From Haliotis rufescens (lineage: Eukaryota), in the NCBI RefSeq assembly GCF_023055435.1, contig NW_025963957.1, positions 3,658,001-3,722,000 on the forward strand: a DNA stretch of 64,000 nucleotides. Direction: 5' to 3'. Position numbers and translations under genes: made by a program. The notes beneath the pieces were generated by a model. It saw only the letters and a program-made list of their open reading frames with translations, made no database searches and was not told where the DNA came from. Positions 52,123-63,902 of the stretch are shown in pieces (position 1 is the first letter of the stretch; each line of letters begins with the position of its first letter).

Positions 52123-52597
52123 GTGAGTTTGCTCTTCACAAGCCCATCTTTGTATCAGCTGTTGGATGGATTTATGTCTGGAGGGAAGACTCAGATGGAA
52201 TATTAAGCTTAACATGCTTTTAGAAAAACTATTACTGTAGCTACATGACAGCTTAGCTGTTTTAGATTTATCTTCATTCTGAAGATGACTCAATCTTCGG
52301 CAGGGCTTTTACGCATTCCCAGTTGTCTAAGGCACACCTTGAGCAGGCATACTGTGATATAACTGAAATACTGTTCAAATCATACTCACTCACTTTTTCG
52401 AATTTAGTTTTTGTACCCTGTGAAACAAGTTGGCATATTTCAGGAGAATGTGAGTATATTTACAGTTCATCCACAGTAGTCTGCTCCATGTTCCTTGAGG
52501 CAACTGGACGACTCTGAGATTTGATCGCCTGAGTCTAGGTTACCTGGTCATTATTTGGGTGAATAGGGAAGAACTTTGGCTGTATTGGCTGTATTAG

Positions 52598-52852
52598 CGA
52601 GTGAGTGAGTCGGGATTGTATGCCACTTTCAACAGTATTCCAGTTATATTGTGGTATGTCAGCTTGATGTGGGAGGAAAGCCCGAAATGATACAGGTCTC
52701 AGGTGTTTATCTCCTAGGTGGAAATCACGGGTTGACAAACCTAGAAACAATTGGGGTGAACCAGGATTTAATCCCAAGTTCATTGGTTTCTAGTGTGCCC
52801 AAGGGACACAACTCTGCATGCGAATTGTGGCACCTGAGATGACTGGGCCACC
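52598..52852 (-). mobile_element. SINE family D
   Basis: Reverse complement homologous to 8912-9177. Confidence 0.72.
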
Positions 52853-53401
52853 TGTGTCCCTCATCATTGTTCATTCTCACCGGGTTGGAAAATGGTGAAG
52901 ACGGTGGATGATATGCGGTACTATTAGGACAACTTTCTATGTTGATGAAGCGTAATGTGTTTAAAGTAACTGGCATATTGTCGGCACTTAAAATTGCCAG
53001 AAAGCATGAGGTCATTGACCTCGAAAAAAATGGCCCTCTGTTTCGATTATATTTCTGAAACCTTGCCATTAACAAACCTTTCACCGTTAGTGGGGCACTT
53101 ATCCAAAAGTAGTCATGACAGACTGCAGCTCTAGGCGTGAATGGCTGGAAAGTTGTGGCTCCTGCTACATATGGCTTCCATGTGTATTGAGTGATGTGAA
53201 AAATCAGTATTTTTTCAGTATGGAATACTAGATTTAATGAAAATTTGGATGACTCTTTTCCTCCTGGCATATTTACCACGGTGATTGTGTAATACAACGT
53301 TAATGCTTATGTCACATGTCCTTGTTGGTGCGGTACAAGTTGGATGTTTTTAACGGTTCCGAACAGTATGTTCTCCTAACACATGAATCATCTGTAAACG
53401 A

Positions 53402-53668
53402 GGTGGGCCTCTGTCCATACATGGATGTTATTGTACTGTACTAGCACCGTGGCCATACGTCTTCTATGTGCAACAGGCCCTGACCTAGGCGGTGGGCCTC
53501 TGTCCATACATGGATCTTATTGTACTGTACTAGCACCATGGCCATACGTCTTCTATGTGCAACAGGCCCTGGCCTAGGCAGTGGGCCTCTGTCCATACAT
53601 GGATGTTATTGTACTGTACTAGCACCATGGCCATACGTCTTCTATGTGCAACAGGCCCTGGCCTAGGC
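53402..53668. repeat. Tandem repeat, 89-bp unit, 3 copies
   Basis: GTGGGCCTCTGTCCATACATGG recurs every 89 bp. Confidence 0.95.
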
Positions 53669-53782
53669 CCCCGTGAAACATGCGATCATTGGACAGCGTC
53701 TATAGTAACTCTTGTACTAAAGCATAGACCTACGATAGTCACGGCACCAAGAGCCAATGGCCCCCCATGAACAAGGAAACCA

Positions 53783-54030
53783 TAACTTCAATGCTTTGAA
53801 ACAGATTTAGAACAATCGTAGCTCTAATATTGCTTAATGCAGGACCTTCAACCAATGCTCAAAGAAATTGTAACTTCAATACATTGATACAGATTTAGAA
53901 CAATTGTAGCTCTAATATTGCTTAATGCAGGACCTTCAACCAATGCTCAAAGAAATTGTAACTTCAATACATTGATACAGATTTACAGCAGTCTTAGCTC
54001 TAACATTACTCTATGCTGGGCCTTCAACCA
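53783..54030. repeat. Tandem repeat, 88-bp unit, about 2.8 copies
   Basis: TAACTTCAAT at 53783, 53871 and 53959. Confidence 0.92.
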
Positions 54031-54444
54031 AGAGTGATCTTATTTAAAAATCCAACCATATTCATCTCCAGTAATTGCCTCATCTAATGACCTAACTAGT
54101 CATCAGCCTTTGATGCTGGGTAATTTGAGTTACCAGACAAAAACTAAATTGTAATCATTATATAGAGAGCTGAGTATCCAACCAATTTGACTTCATCACC
54201 CAGGGATGCCTGCAGCAGTACAGATGTGCCAGATTACAAATGTAGCAAGTTGTCCTTCCATCCATTGTAAGACAATAACTGTCTCTGATCATCTCTGCCA
54301 GCTAGCATTTGGTCAGTCATTCGTGCTCACTGACGCATGTGACAATACAATGACTGGCCATCTTGATGGAGGAGGTCCACTGTCAGTGTTATTTTTGGTA
54401 TTGAGCTGTCCTTGCATAAATTGTAAAACTTAACTGTGTGAGGT

Positions 54445-55790
54445 CTATGCTGTGGCTGGTGTAGTGCCTGTGTTGCTATGCTGTGGTTGGTGTAGTGCCT
54501 GTGTTGCTATGCTGTGGCTGGTGTAGTGCCTGTGTTGCTATGCTGTGGCTGGTGTAGTGCCTGTGTTGCTATGCTGTGGTTGGTGTAGTGCCTGTGTTGC
54601 TATGCTGTGGTTGGTGTAGTGCCTGTGTTGCTATGCTGTGGCTGGTGTAGTGCCTGTGTTGCTATGCTGTGGCTGGTGTAGTGCCTGTGTTGCTATGCTG
54701 TGGCTGGTGTAGAGCCTGTGTTGCTATGCTGTGGTTGGTGTAGTGCCTGTGTTGCTATGCTATGGCTGGTGTAGTGCCTGTGTTGCTATGCTGTGGTTGG
54801 TGTAGTGCCTGTGTTGCTATACTGTGGCTGGTGTAGTGCCTGTGTTGCTATGCTGTGGCTGGTGTAGTGCCTGTGTTGCTATGCTGTGGCTGGTGTAGTG
54901 CCTGTATTGCTATGCTGTGGCTGTTGTAGAGCCTGTGTTGCTATGCTGTGGCTGGTGTAGTGCCCGTGTTGCTATGCTATGGCTGGTGTAGTGCCTGTGT
55001 TGCTATGCTGTGGCTGGTGCAGTGCCTGTGTTGCTATGCTGTGGTTGGTGTAGTGCCTGTGTTGCTATGCTGTTGATGGTGTAGTGCCCGTGTTGCTATG
55101 CTGTGGCTGGGGTAGTGCCCATGTTCATATGCTGTGGATGGTGTACTGCCTGTGTTGCTATGCTGTGGCTGGTGTAGTGCCTGTGTTGCTATGCTATGGC
55201 TGGTGTAGTGCCTGTGTTGCTATGCTGTGGTTGGTGTAGTGCCTGTGTTGCTATACTGTGGCTGGTGTAGTGCCTGTGTTGCTATGCTGTTGATGGTGTA
55301 GTGCCTGTGTTGCTATGCTGTGGCTGGGGTAGTGCCCATGTTCATATGCTGTGGATGGTGTACTGCCTGTGTTGCTATGCTGTGGCTGGTGTAGTGCCTG
55401 TGTTGCTATGCTGTGGCTGGTGTAGAGCCTGTGTTGCTATGCTGTGGCTGGTGTAGTGCCTGTGTTGCTATGCTGTGGTTGGTGTAGTGCCTGTGTTGCT
55501 ATGCTGTTGATGGTGTAGTGCCTGTGTTGCTATGCTGTGGCTGGGGTAGTGCCCATGTTCATATGCTGTGGATGGTGTACTGCCTGTGTTGCTATGCTGT
55601 GGCTGGTGTAGTGCCTGTGTTGCTATGCTGTGGCTGGTGTAGAGCCTGTGTTGCTATGCTGTGGCTGGTGTAGTGCCTGTGTTGCTATGCTGTGGTTGGT
55701 GTAGAGCCTGTGTTGCTATGCTGTGGATGGTGTAGTGCCTGTGTTGCTATGCTGTGGCTGGGGTAGTGCCCATGTTGCTATGCTATGCTG
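54445..55790. repeat. Minisatellite, 31-bp unit (CTATGCTGTGGCTGGTGTAGTGCCTGTGTTG), about 43 copies
   Basis: Direct tandem copies. Confidence 0.98.
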
Positions 55791-56410
55791 TGTAGTGAAT
55801 GTGTCTCGGCAGATGCCTGCTATGCTGTGGCTTGTGTTGTGCCTATGTGGATCAATCAATGGAGGGTGTGTGCTGGTGATAAGTCTCTCTCACAGCCTTC
55901 GCTAATTAAATCTACTTGCCGAGTTGAGTTGGTTGCTAGATGAAAGAAAACTGCATGTACACCCATTTCTAAGTTTTTGATTTGAGCTTGAATATTGATG
56001 AGAGCTCCCCATGGGATTTGATGCCATATTTAATCTGCTTTCTTTACCAGTACAATCAAGGTAGGCAGTCAGTCCACTACCTGCACTTTGGCATTAGGCA
56101 CATAATAAAAAGTCAGTCTGGTGCTTTGATCTCACAGGCAGCATGATAAAAACTTTGATCTTATCGAAATTGTAAGCAAATGAGAAGACTTGTTTGCAGA
56201 TGAAATACTTTTTTTCACCTGATCTTCTGGTTTCATCAGAATATTCCATTTGTACTGTATCCTGATGGATCGGCATCAGTTGAAGCTTAACTTGTGTTTT
56301 GCCTTTTAAGATCACAAGATAAGGGGCATCTGAGCAATATTTGAAAAGTACATCAAGGAGAAAGGCATAATTCCAGATGTATATGTTATTATGATTGTGT
56401 TCTGTTTCAG

Positions 56411-56462
56411 GATCCATTAACCCATTAAACCTCAAGCCACCATCAGGACCTCAGCCCCCAAG
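56411..56462 (+). CDS. CYB5R4: CYB5R4 52-nt linker exon D
   Basis: Acceptor tctgtttcag|, donor AG|gtgagt. Translates (G)SINPLNLKPPSGPQPP(R). The phase 1-to-2 change is exactly what is needed to connect to exon E. Confidence 0.85.
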
Positions 56463-56503
56463 GTGAGTCAAGCCATGCAGGACACGACACCATGGTGACC
56501 GCA

Positions 56504-59200
56504 GTTAGAATAGTACTCCCTGGGTTAGAATAGGTCCTGGGGTTAGAATAGTACTCCCTGGGTTAGAATAGTACTCCCTGGGTTAGAATAGGTCCTGGGG
56601 TTAGAATAGTACTCCCTGGGTTAGACTAGTACTCCCTGGGTTAGAATAGTACTCCCTGGGTTAGAATAGGTCCTGGGGTTAGAATAGTACTCCCTGGGTT
56701 AGAATAGTACTCCCTGGGTTAGAATAGGTCCTGGGGTTAGAATAGTACTCCCTGGGTTAGAATAGTACTCCCCGGGTTAGAAAAGTACTCCCTGGGTTAG
56801 AATAGGTCAAGGGTTAGAATAGGTCCCTGAGTTAAAATAGGTCCCTGGGTTAGAATAGTACTCCCTGGGTTAGAATAGGTCCTGGGGTTAGAATAGTACT
56901 CCCTGGGTTAGAATAGGTCCTGGGGTTAGAATAGTATTCCCTGGGTTAGAATAGGTCCTGGGGTTAGAATAGTACTCCCCGGGTTAGAATAGGTCCTGTG
57001 GTTAGAATAGTACTCCCTGGGTTAGAATAGTACTCCCCGGGTTAGAATAGGTCCCCGGTTTAGAATAGTACTCCCTGGGTTAGAATAGGTCCCCAGTTTA
57101 GAATAGTACTCCCCGGGTTAGAATAGTACTCCCCGGGTTAGAATAGGTCCCTGGTTTGGAATGGTACTCCCCGGGTTAGAATAGGTTCCCGGTTTAGAAT
57201 AGTACTCGCCGGGTTAGAATAGGTCCCCGGGTTAGAATAATACTCCCTGGGTTAGAATAGGTCCCCGGTTTAGAATAGTACTCCCTGGGTTAGAATAGGT
57301 CCCCGGGTTAGAATAGTACTCCCCGGGTTAGAATAGGTCCTCGGTTTAGAATAGTACTCCCTTGGTTAGAATAGTACTCCCCGGGTTAGAATAGGTCCCC
57401 GGTTTAGAATAGTAGCCTGCAACCTCGGGGTATCGCGGTACTTGTCATGTACGCTAAACGGAACAAAATGCACTCACTAACCTTTATGATTTTTCGTGTT
57501 CTCTGTATCAGATATCATTCATGTTATCAAACAATGCATATTTTACTGATAAAAGTTCATTATTTACATCAGTAGCTCCGAGTAAAAGCCGGGCCTCGCG
57601 CTCTGTTTGACAAGGGAGAGAACTCCATCGTATCGCGGTACAGAGAAAAGTTGTGTATGGAGGTCCAAATTGGGCAAAAACAGGACATAATCCTACCAAC
57701 CACTTGGTATGATCATGCCAGACATCAGTGATTTGTCCATACAAGTGCAAAGACAGCACAAGTAAAATATTTTTATAAGTCAACTTCAAAATATCAGAAA
57801 TGATATTTTAAGATTGTTTAAAAAAAATTGGATGACAACAATTTGTCACAAAATGGAAAAATGTTTAAAGTCAACAATAATTATATAAAAAGCACTCCTA
57901 GTATGCCCAAAGTATGTATTTATCTTTTGGTTACTAGTGAAGAACGTATTTCTAAGTTTGGCATTATGGCCGTTATGATCTCCCAATAGATTCTGGGCAC
58001 AGAGCGGGGAAAAAATGTGCGAACTACGTAACTTCCGTTACCTCATTAGTCGCCATGAATATGCAGATGAACTAGTTCAGGTCGATAGAGAAAGTTTACT
58101 TGGGGAACTGCGGGTTATATCGTTGGCCATTGATGGATGGGGGTAAGGCAATATTACAACAGATGCCAGAAATATGTATCAACGGATTAATAACTCCTTA
58201 CTTAAAGCAGACGGAACATTCCGAGGAAATTGAAATTGTTTACGAAGTGAGCACTTCCTGGTTACTGATTTGCATTAATAGACAGTCGCTAAGAGACGTG
58301 TCCCACGTGAACTATCGGAAATCACAAATGCTGCGATACGATGAATGCCGCGGTACCATGGGGTCCGAGTATTCTCCCTGGGTTAGAATAGGTCCCCGGT
58401 TTAGAATAGTACTCCCTGGGTTAGAATAGTACTCTCCGGGTTAGAATAGGTCCCCGGGTTAGAATAGTACTTCCCGGGTTAGAATAGGTCCCCGGTTTAG
58501 AATAGTACTCCCTGGGTTAGAATAGGTCCCCGGTTTAGAATAGTACTCCCTGGGTTAGAATAGGTCCTTGGGTTAGAATAGTACTTCCTGGTTTAAAATA
58601 GTACTCCCCGGGTTAGATAAAATAGTACTCCCCGGGTTAGAATAGGGCCCCGGTTTAGAATAGTACTCCCCGGGTTAGAATGGTACTCCTTGGGTTAGAA
58701 TAGGTCCCCTGTTTAGAATAGTACTCCCTGGGTTAGAATAGGTCCCCAGGTTAGAATAGTACTCCCCGGGTTAGAATAGATCCCCGGTTTAGAATAGTAC
58801 TCCCTTGGTTAGAATAGTACTCCCTGGGTTAGAATAGGTCCCCGGTTTAGAATAGTACTCCCTGGTTTGGAATGGTACTCCCCGGGTTAGAATAGGTCCC
58901 CGGTTTAGAATAGTACTCCTCGGGTTAGAATAGGTCCCCGGGTTAGAATAGTACTCCCCGGGTTAGAATAGGTCCCCGGTTTAGAATAGTACTCCCCGGT
59001 TTATAATAGTACTCCCCGGGTTAGAATAGGTCCCCTGTTTAGAATGGTACTCCCCGGGTTAGAATAGGTCCCCGGTTTAGAATAGTACTCCCTGGGTTAG
59101 AATAGTACTCCCTGGGTTAGAATAGGTCCCCAGTTTAGAATAGTACTCCCTCGGTTAGAATAGGCCCCAAGTTTAGAATAGTACTCCCTGGGTTAGAATA
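56504..59200. repeat. Satellite of alternating 20-22-bp units (GGTTAGAATAGGTCC.. / GGTTAGAATAGTACTCC..), split by an insertion
   Basis: Tracts 56504-57414 and 58368-59200. Confidence 0.97.
57415..58367. mobile_element. Insertion of about 950 bp into the satellite, unclassified non-autonomous element
   Basis: Unique sequence interrupts a satellite unit, with AGTA on both sides. Imperfect subterminal inverted repeat (GGTATCGCGGTACTTGTC / GATGAATGCCGCGGTACC). Confidence 0.75.
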
Positions 59201-59697
59201 TTCAATTCTTTCAGTAATATTTAACAAATTGGCATCAAAAATTAAATAAAGTTCAGGCTTTTTAGCATGAGATAATAGAACATGACATTGTCGTGTCATT
59301 GCATGGGTTTGAATCTCATTCAATGTGTTTGGAGATGGACTTGAGCACAAAGACACATCTTTTATGATTTCGAGTTAAAGTTGATGAAGCATTTTCAAAG
59401 TGTTTCAGTCTATTTTGCATTAACCATGGCAATAGCAGCATGCCTTGGAACCTTGGTATCAATCTTTTGCACCTTTGGTTGCACTGAATCTGGTGATTAA
59501 TTGGAATGAACAAGTGGTGAAAAATCAATGCCAGATCTTATGACTGTTTCTTTGGCTGGAAACTGAAACCAGCGTTGATGGAATCAATGAAAAGGAACAC
59601 TACTAATTGATTGCATATGTGGATTTAGAGTGTGTGCATGCAAATACATTCTTTTTAGAGTTTTGATAACATGTTTGATGTTCTGTTTATTAATGGA

Positions 59698-60034
59698 GAC
59701 CGCCTCCTTGGTTTAGTGGATAGAGTGTCTGCCTAGAAAGCATAAGTTCGTGGGTTCGATCCCTGGCCACGTCATACCAAAAGATGGTACTTGTTGTTAC
59801 CCTGCCTGGTGCTCAGCACTAAGGGGACAAGACAAGGACTGTTGGCTTGGAGTTGGGTATCCATGTTAGAACTGCGGTATGGCGTCCCACTGGGCTAGCA
59901 CTACAAAATCGACAGTAGTCCAGACACAGACAGACAGACAGTTACACTCGCACGCACGCACACACACATGCATGCACGTTGCGATATAAGTGCAGTAATC
60001 TTTAACGCGACGATGAACGCCATTTCACCTCACC
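59698..60034 (+). mobile_element. SINE family C, full length, diverged
   Basis: GACCGCCTCCTTGGTTTAGTGG...GGGTTCGATCCC...TTTCACCTCACC; ATTAATGG flanking duplication. Confidence 0.9.
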
Positions 60035-60425
60035 ACAGCAATTAATTAATGGCCAAGTAATTGGTGTACATCCTTCGACCACCACACTCTTTAGGAACAA
60101 ATAGATGTACCTTCCCCCTTCAGCAAGAGGTGCTGTCTTTACTTGGTTATCCGATTATCCAATGCAGCTAGCATCTCAGTACTACGACTGTTGTAAGTCT
60201 GTGGAGAACTAGGGGAGGTGGGACTGTCACAAACATTTTCGTTGAGCCCAAGGTCACACCCAGGTCTTAGTTCCATCATGCAGATTTAGTGCTATGGTTG
60301 TCACAAGCAGTTCACTTCAGGAGACTGTTGGACACCTTTACCTAAGAAGGCCTGCTTTGTAGAGTTAGGTCCACAACATGCCATTTGACAGAATACAGAA
60401 GGCCCTAATGCTTGGTCCTACTTCT

Positions 60426-60704
60426 GTGAGGTGAAATTGGGTTTAATGTCGCGTCCAAGATTATTGCACTTATATAGCGACGTGCATGTACGTGTATGTG
60501 TTTGTGTGGATGCTTGTACTAGTCTGGACTGATGCCGATTTATAGTGCTAGCTCACTGAGATACCATGCCGCAGTTTAACATGAATACCCCACTCTAACA
60601 CAGTATACTGACTCCGAGCCGACCAGTCCTTGTTTTAGCCCCTTAATGCCGAGCGCCAGACAGGGTAACAACAAGTACCATCTTTTAACGTCTGTTGGTA
60701 TGAC
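60426..60704 (-). mobile_element. SINE family C, 5'-truncated
   Basis: Reverse complement from the tail to the GTCATACCAA core start. Confidence 0.92.
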
Positions 60705-62419
60705 TTTCCATCAGTTCTAGTGAAGACTGAATCATTCTTGAATTGTAGCATGAAGCCATTCTGTCTGTAGAATGAAGCACATTCAATTAGCTCTTAGGGT
60801 GCCTAGTGGCCCAAGATACCTGCAAGGCCCACAAAGTGATATTTATTGGAAAACCCAATTTCTCTAAGGCCTACATTACAACATCTGCAAAACATGATGT
60901 ATAAATGAGTTAGAATAATTCTATAAAAATAAAAAAAATATATAAAAATAAAATGCTGTTAAAAGTGGAATTATGAATCACAATTCACAATCTCTCTCAG
61001 AACCTTATCAAGGCGGTGATGTTGAAAACTTTGAATGAAAAAATAACTGCAGATGCAGTTCTCTGGAAAAGCCAATCTTAGAAAGCCACTGATACTTCTG
61101 AAGCCATAACCAACACTTGCTATTGCAAGCGAAATGGTCACTTTGATTAGAAATATCATCATTTTCCCATAAACTCCCAATATTTACATTTTCAATGAAT
61201 GTGTTAACCTTCTATGTGAGGTGATGTTGCCATGGGCGAACAAGCTGGCGCGAGACTGACCTCCACATGTTGTACCAATGACTTGCAATCAGGGTAATTC
61301 TTCCGCTTGTATGCAGATGGCTTATTAGGAGACTCTTCATTTAACAGAAAAGACACAGAACATTCTGAAGCGTAAATAGCATGCCATCGCCATCTGTGTT
61401 TTAGGATGGAGTAGAACTCGACATCTGTGACGTTCAGTTTGAATCAAAATCTGCTTTTTCTTAATCACCATGGCAAAAATTGTTTTTTCGTAGTCTTGGG
61501 ATTGTATTGATCTTTGTCTAAAACTATTGGACGATGTATTGAGTGGCTGTTTGATATTTGTAGAAGCATGACATGGATAGTGTAGATACGTGATCTGGTC
61601 AAGCTGGGTTTCCTGTTCTATTGGGGGGATTGTTTGGGTGGAGAGCAGCATCCAATCAATGCTAATAGGACCGTATGGCTTTGTTTGTCACAAGTACACA
61701 CCGCTCGTGTAGGATTTCGATTCTTCTTGGGGTAATTCAGGATTTGGGATTTAAGACGATTATTGTTGTTTGAGTTAGTTGATCAGAGGATGGTTTGGAA
61801 GAGATGGATGCGATATATTGTTAATGCAGTATCTTGCCTACAGACTGCCTCCTAGGATTACTGAAAACATCGTTTACAAGCGCTTCTGATTGGTATTTCA
61901 TCATTTGGTAAAATACCAAGCAGCCCACGCCTAATTCCCCATACTCTTTTTTACCTTGTGTAAATGTACATCCCCATCTTTGGAGTTTTTGGGGGAAAAT
62001 AGCTTCTACGTTAAATGCCGTTATGGGGGGTTGTTGAATATTGATTTTAAAACCTCTGTCAGGGAATTATCAGGACCTGCCCAAAGGCCGATGTCTCAGG
62101 AATTTTCAGAAAACAATCCCAGATGGGAATTAAAACTTTCCCAATTCATGTTGTAAATAGTAATGTGATGGCTTAGTTGAGGTATTTTACTGATAAAGGA
62201 CCATCAACGAGGAAAAGCTTTGAGCGTCTATTTTTACATTAATGCATTGAATTCAAGGTTATAATGCAATATTCATATGCCCTTTAATACAAACTTCAAA
62301 AAATCCCATTTCTAAACAAGATTTTCCCAATTTGCATGCTAAGGGCAGTTAGTTTAGATTCCTAGATACATCCCTACCTGATTAACAATTCACAATCAAT
62401 ATTGTTTTCCAAAGCCAAT

Positions 62420-62577
62420 GGGGGCGGTCGGTTAGCCTAGTAGTTAAAGCGTTCGCTCATCACACCAAAGACCTTGGTTCGATTCCCAACATGTGTACAT
62501 TGTGTGAAGCCTATTTCTTGTGTCCCCCGGCCATGATATTGCTGGAATATTGCTTAAAACCATACTCACTCACTCAC
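62420..62577 (+). mobile_element. SINE family A, full length
   Basis: A/B boxes, tail, TSD TCCAAAGCCAATG. Confidence 0.93.
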
Positions 62578-63652
62578 ACAGTCCAAAGCCAATGTGTATA
62601 AAATTGCTTAATGCTGTATTATTAATGTGTGCAGCAAAGCAGCTATTTGAATAAGGGGAATGTTACTGTGATTTATAACCTCTGATTGACCAATCACAAT
62701 CAAGACTTAGTCATTTACAAAGTCATGATACAATCATGCTTAATGCTTCATCAGCAGTTTGAGCAGGTGTTTCTGGCTGTCGAGACTGAACGTTATTGTG
62801 CGTGGTGTTTTAGGAAGGAAGCTTCAAGTTGTGTGATGTAGATGATGCTGGCAGCTCCCCCTGAAAACCATCAATTCCCTATGTCCCCTGGTTAGAGCCA
62901 GTATTGATTTTTGAGGTAACAATGAAGTGGTTATCCTGTCACTGATGGGACATTTCGTCTCACATTTTCCCTAAGACAAAAAAAAAAAAAGATTTTTCTT
63001 TTGTCAGACTTGAATCTCTTTCTAGTCCAAATTGTCCATTCTCTTCATGAACCATAGATTCGTTTTAGGGAAAAAAGTTTGATATTTCTTGTCAAGTGAC
63101 ATGTTGAAATAGCACTTCCTCCTGTGCAGAAAGTCCATTTATAGATAAATTGCGATAGAAACTCTGTGACAGATGATGTGCCAGCGCCATCGCTTATTTT
63201 GGTAAATATGTATTTTTATAACTGGTGCTGTAAGGCTCTGTGAATATGAGGCATTGATGTAATGGAGTAAAAGGGACGGTGATAGGGAGGGGATGCATGC
63301 GGTGTTGACACAGTCCATGCCAAAATCTTTAGAGTCTATGAGCCCAAACAAGGCTCTTACCATCATTTTCATTAGATTTTAGTGTTTGAAGATTAGCTAT
63401 TAGCTGAGCTTACTAGACCAAACCGAATTGTACTAGTCTCAGGCTTTGGACCAGTGGCACACTGGTTTAACAGTAGGAATTGAAGCAATGTACAGATGGC
63501 CTTTGGCAAGATTTATTTGAAAATCTAATTCTAAGTTGATGGCTTCTTGTGCAGGTTTATTGGCAAAATATATTTCCATCTCTGGCATTTGCCTGCTACA
63601 AATATAAAGCCATTTATTGTATTGAGTATACAGCTGAGTTTGTTATTTGCAG

Positions 63653-63804
63653 ACATGACTGGTTCCAGAATGCCAAGTCTGTAACCATTGTTGTCTACAC
63701 AAAATGGCTGGCCATGAAAGATGAATTTGTCACCATCGACTTAAATGACAGGAAGCTTAAAATCAACATATTCCTTGAAACTCACACCTATCAGATGCAT
63801 ATAG
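63653..63804 (+). CDS. CYB5R4: CYB5R4 internal exon E: N-terminal part of CS (p23-like) domain
   Basis: Acceptor ttatttgcag|, donor G|gtaagt. Translates (R)HDWFQNAKSVTIVVYTKWLAMKDEFVTIDLNDRKLKINIFLETHTYQMHI. DWFQ...VTIxxYTK is the CS-domain start of NCB5OR. Confidence 0.93.
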
Positions 63805-63902
63805 GTAAGTCGGAGCACTCATTTATATTTGTGGGTAGCCCAGAAACATAATCTATGGTGCTAAGTGTCACAGTGCAGAGCTTCACCTTAGTTATATGCT
63901 AG

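Noticed and set aside
52725-53297. 190-aa minus-strand ORF as a nested gene
   Set aside because: Runs into a family D SINE, has no recognisable domain and no supporting exon structure.
56504-59200. True telomeric array or chromosome end
   Set aside because: Contains GGGTTAG but not tandem TTAGGG; it is intronic and better explained by the family B leader.
63549-63851. Stand-alone 100-aa ORF
   Set aside because: It is exon E plus in-frame intron read-through on both sides.
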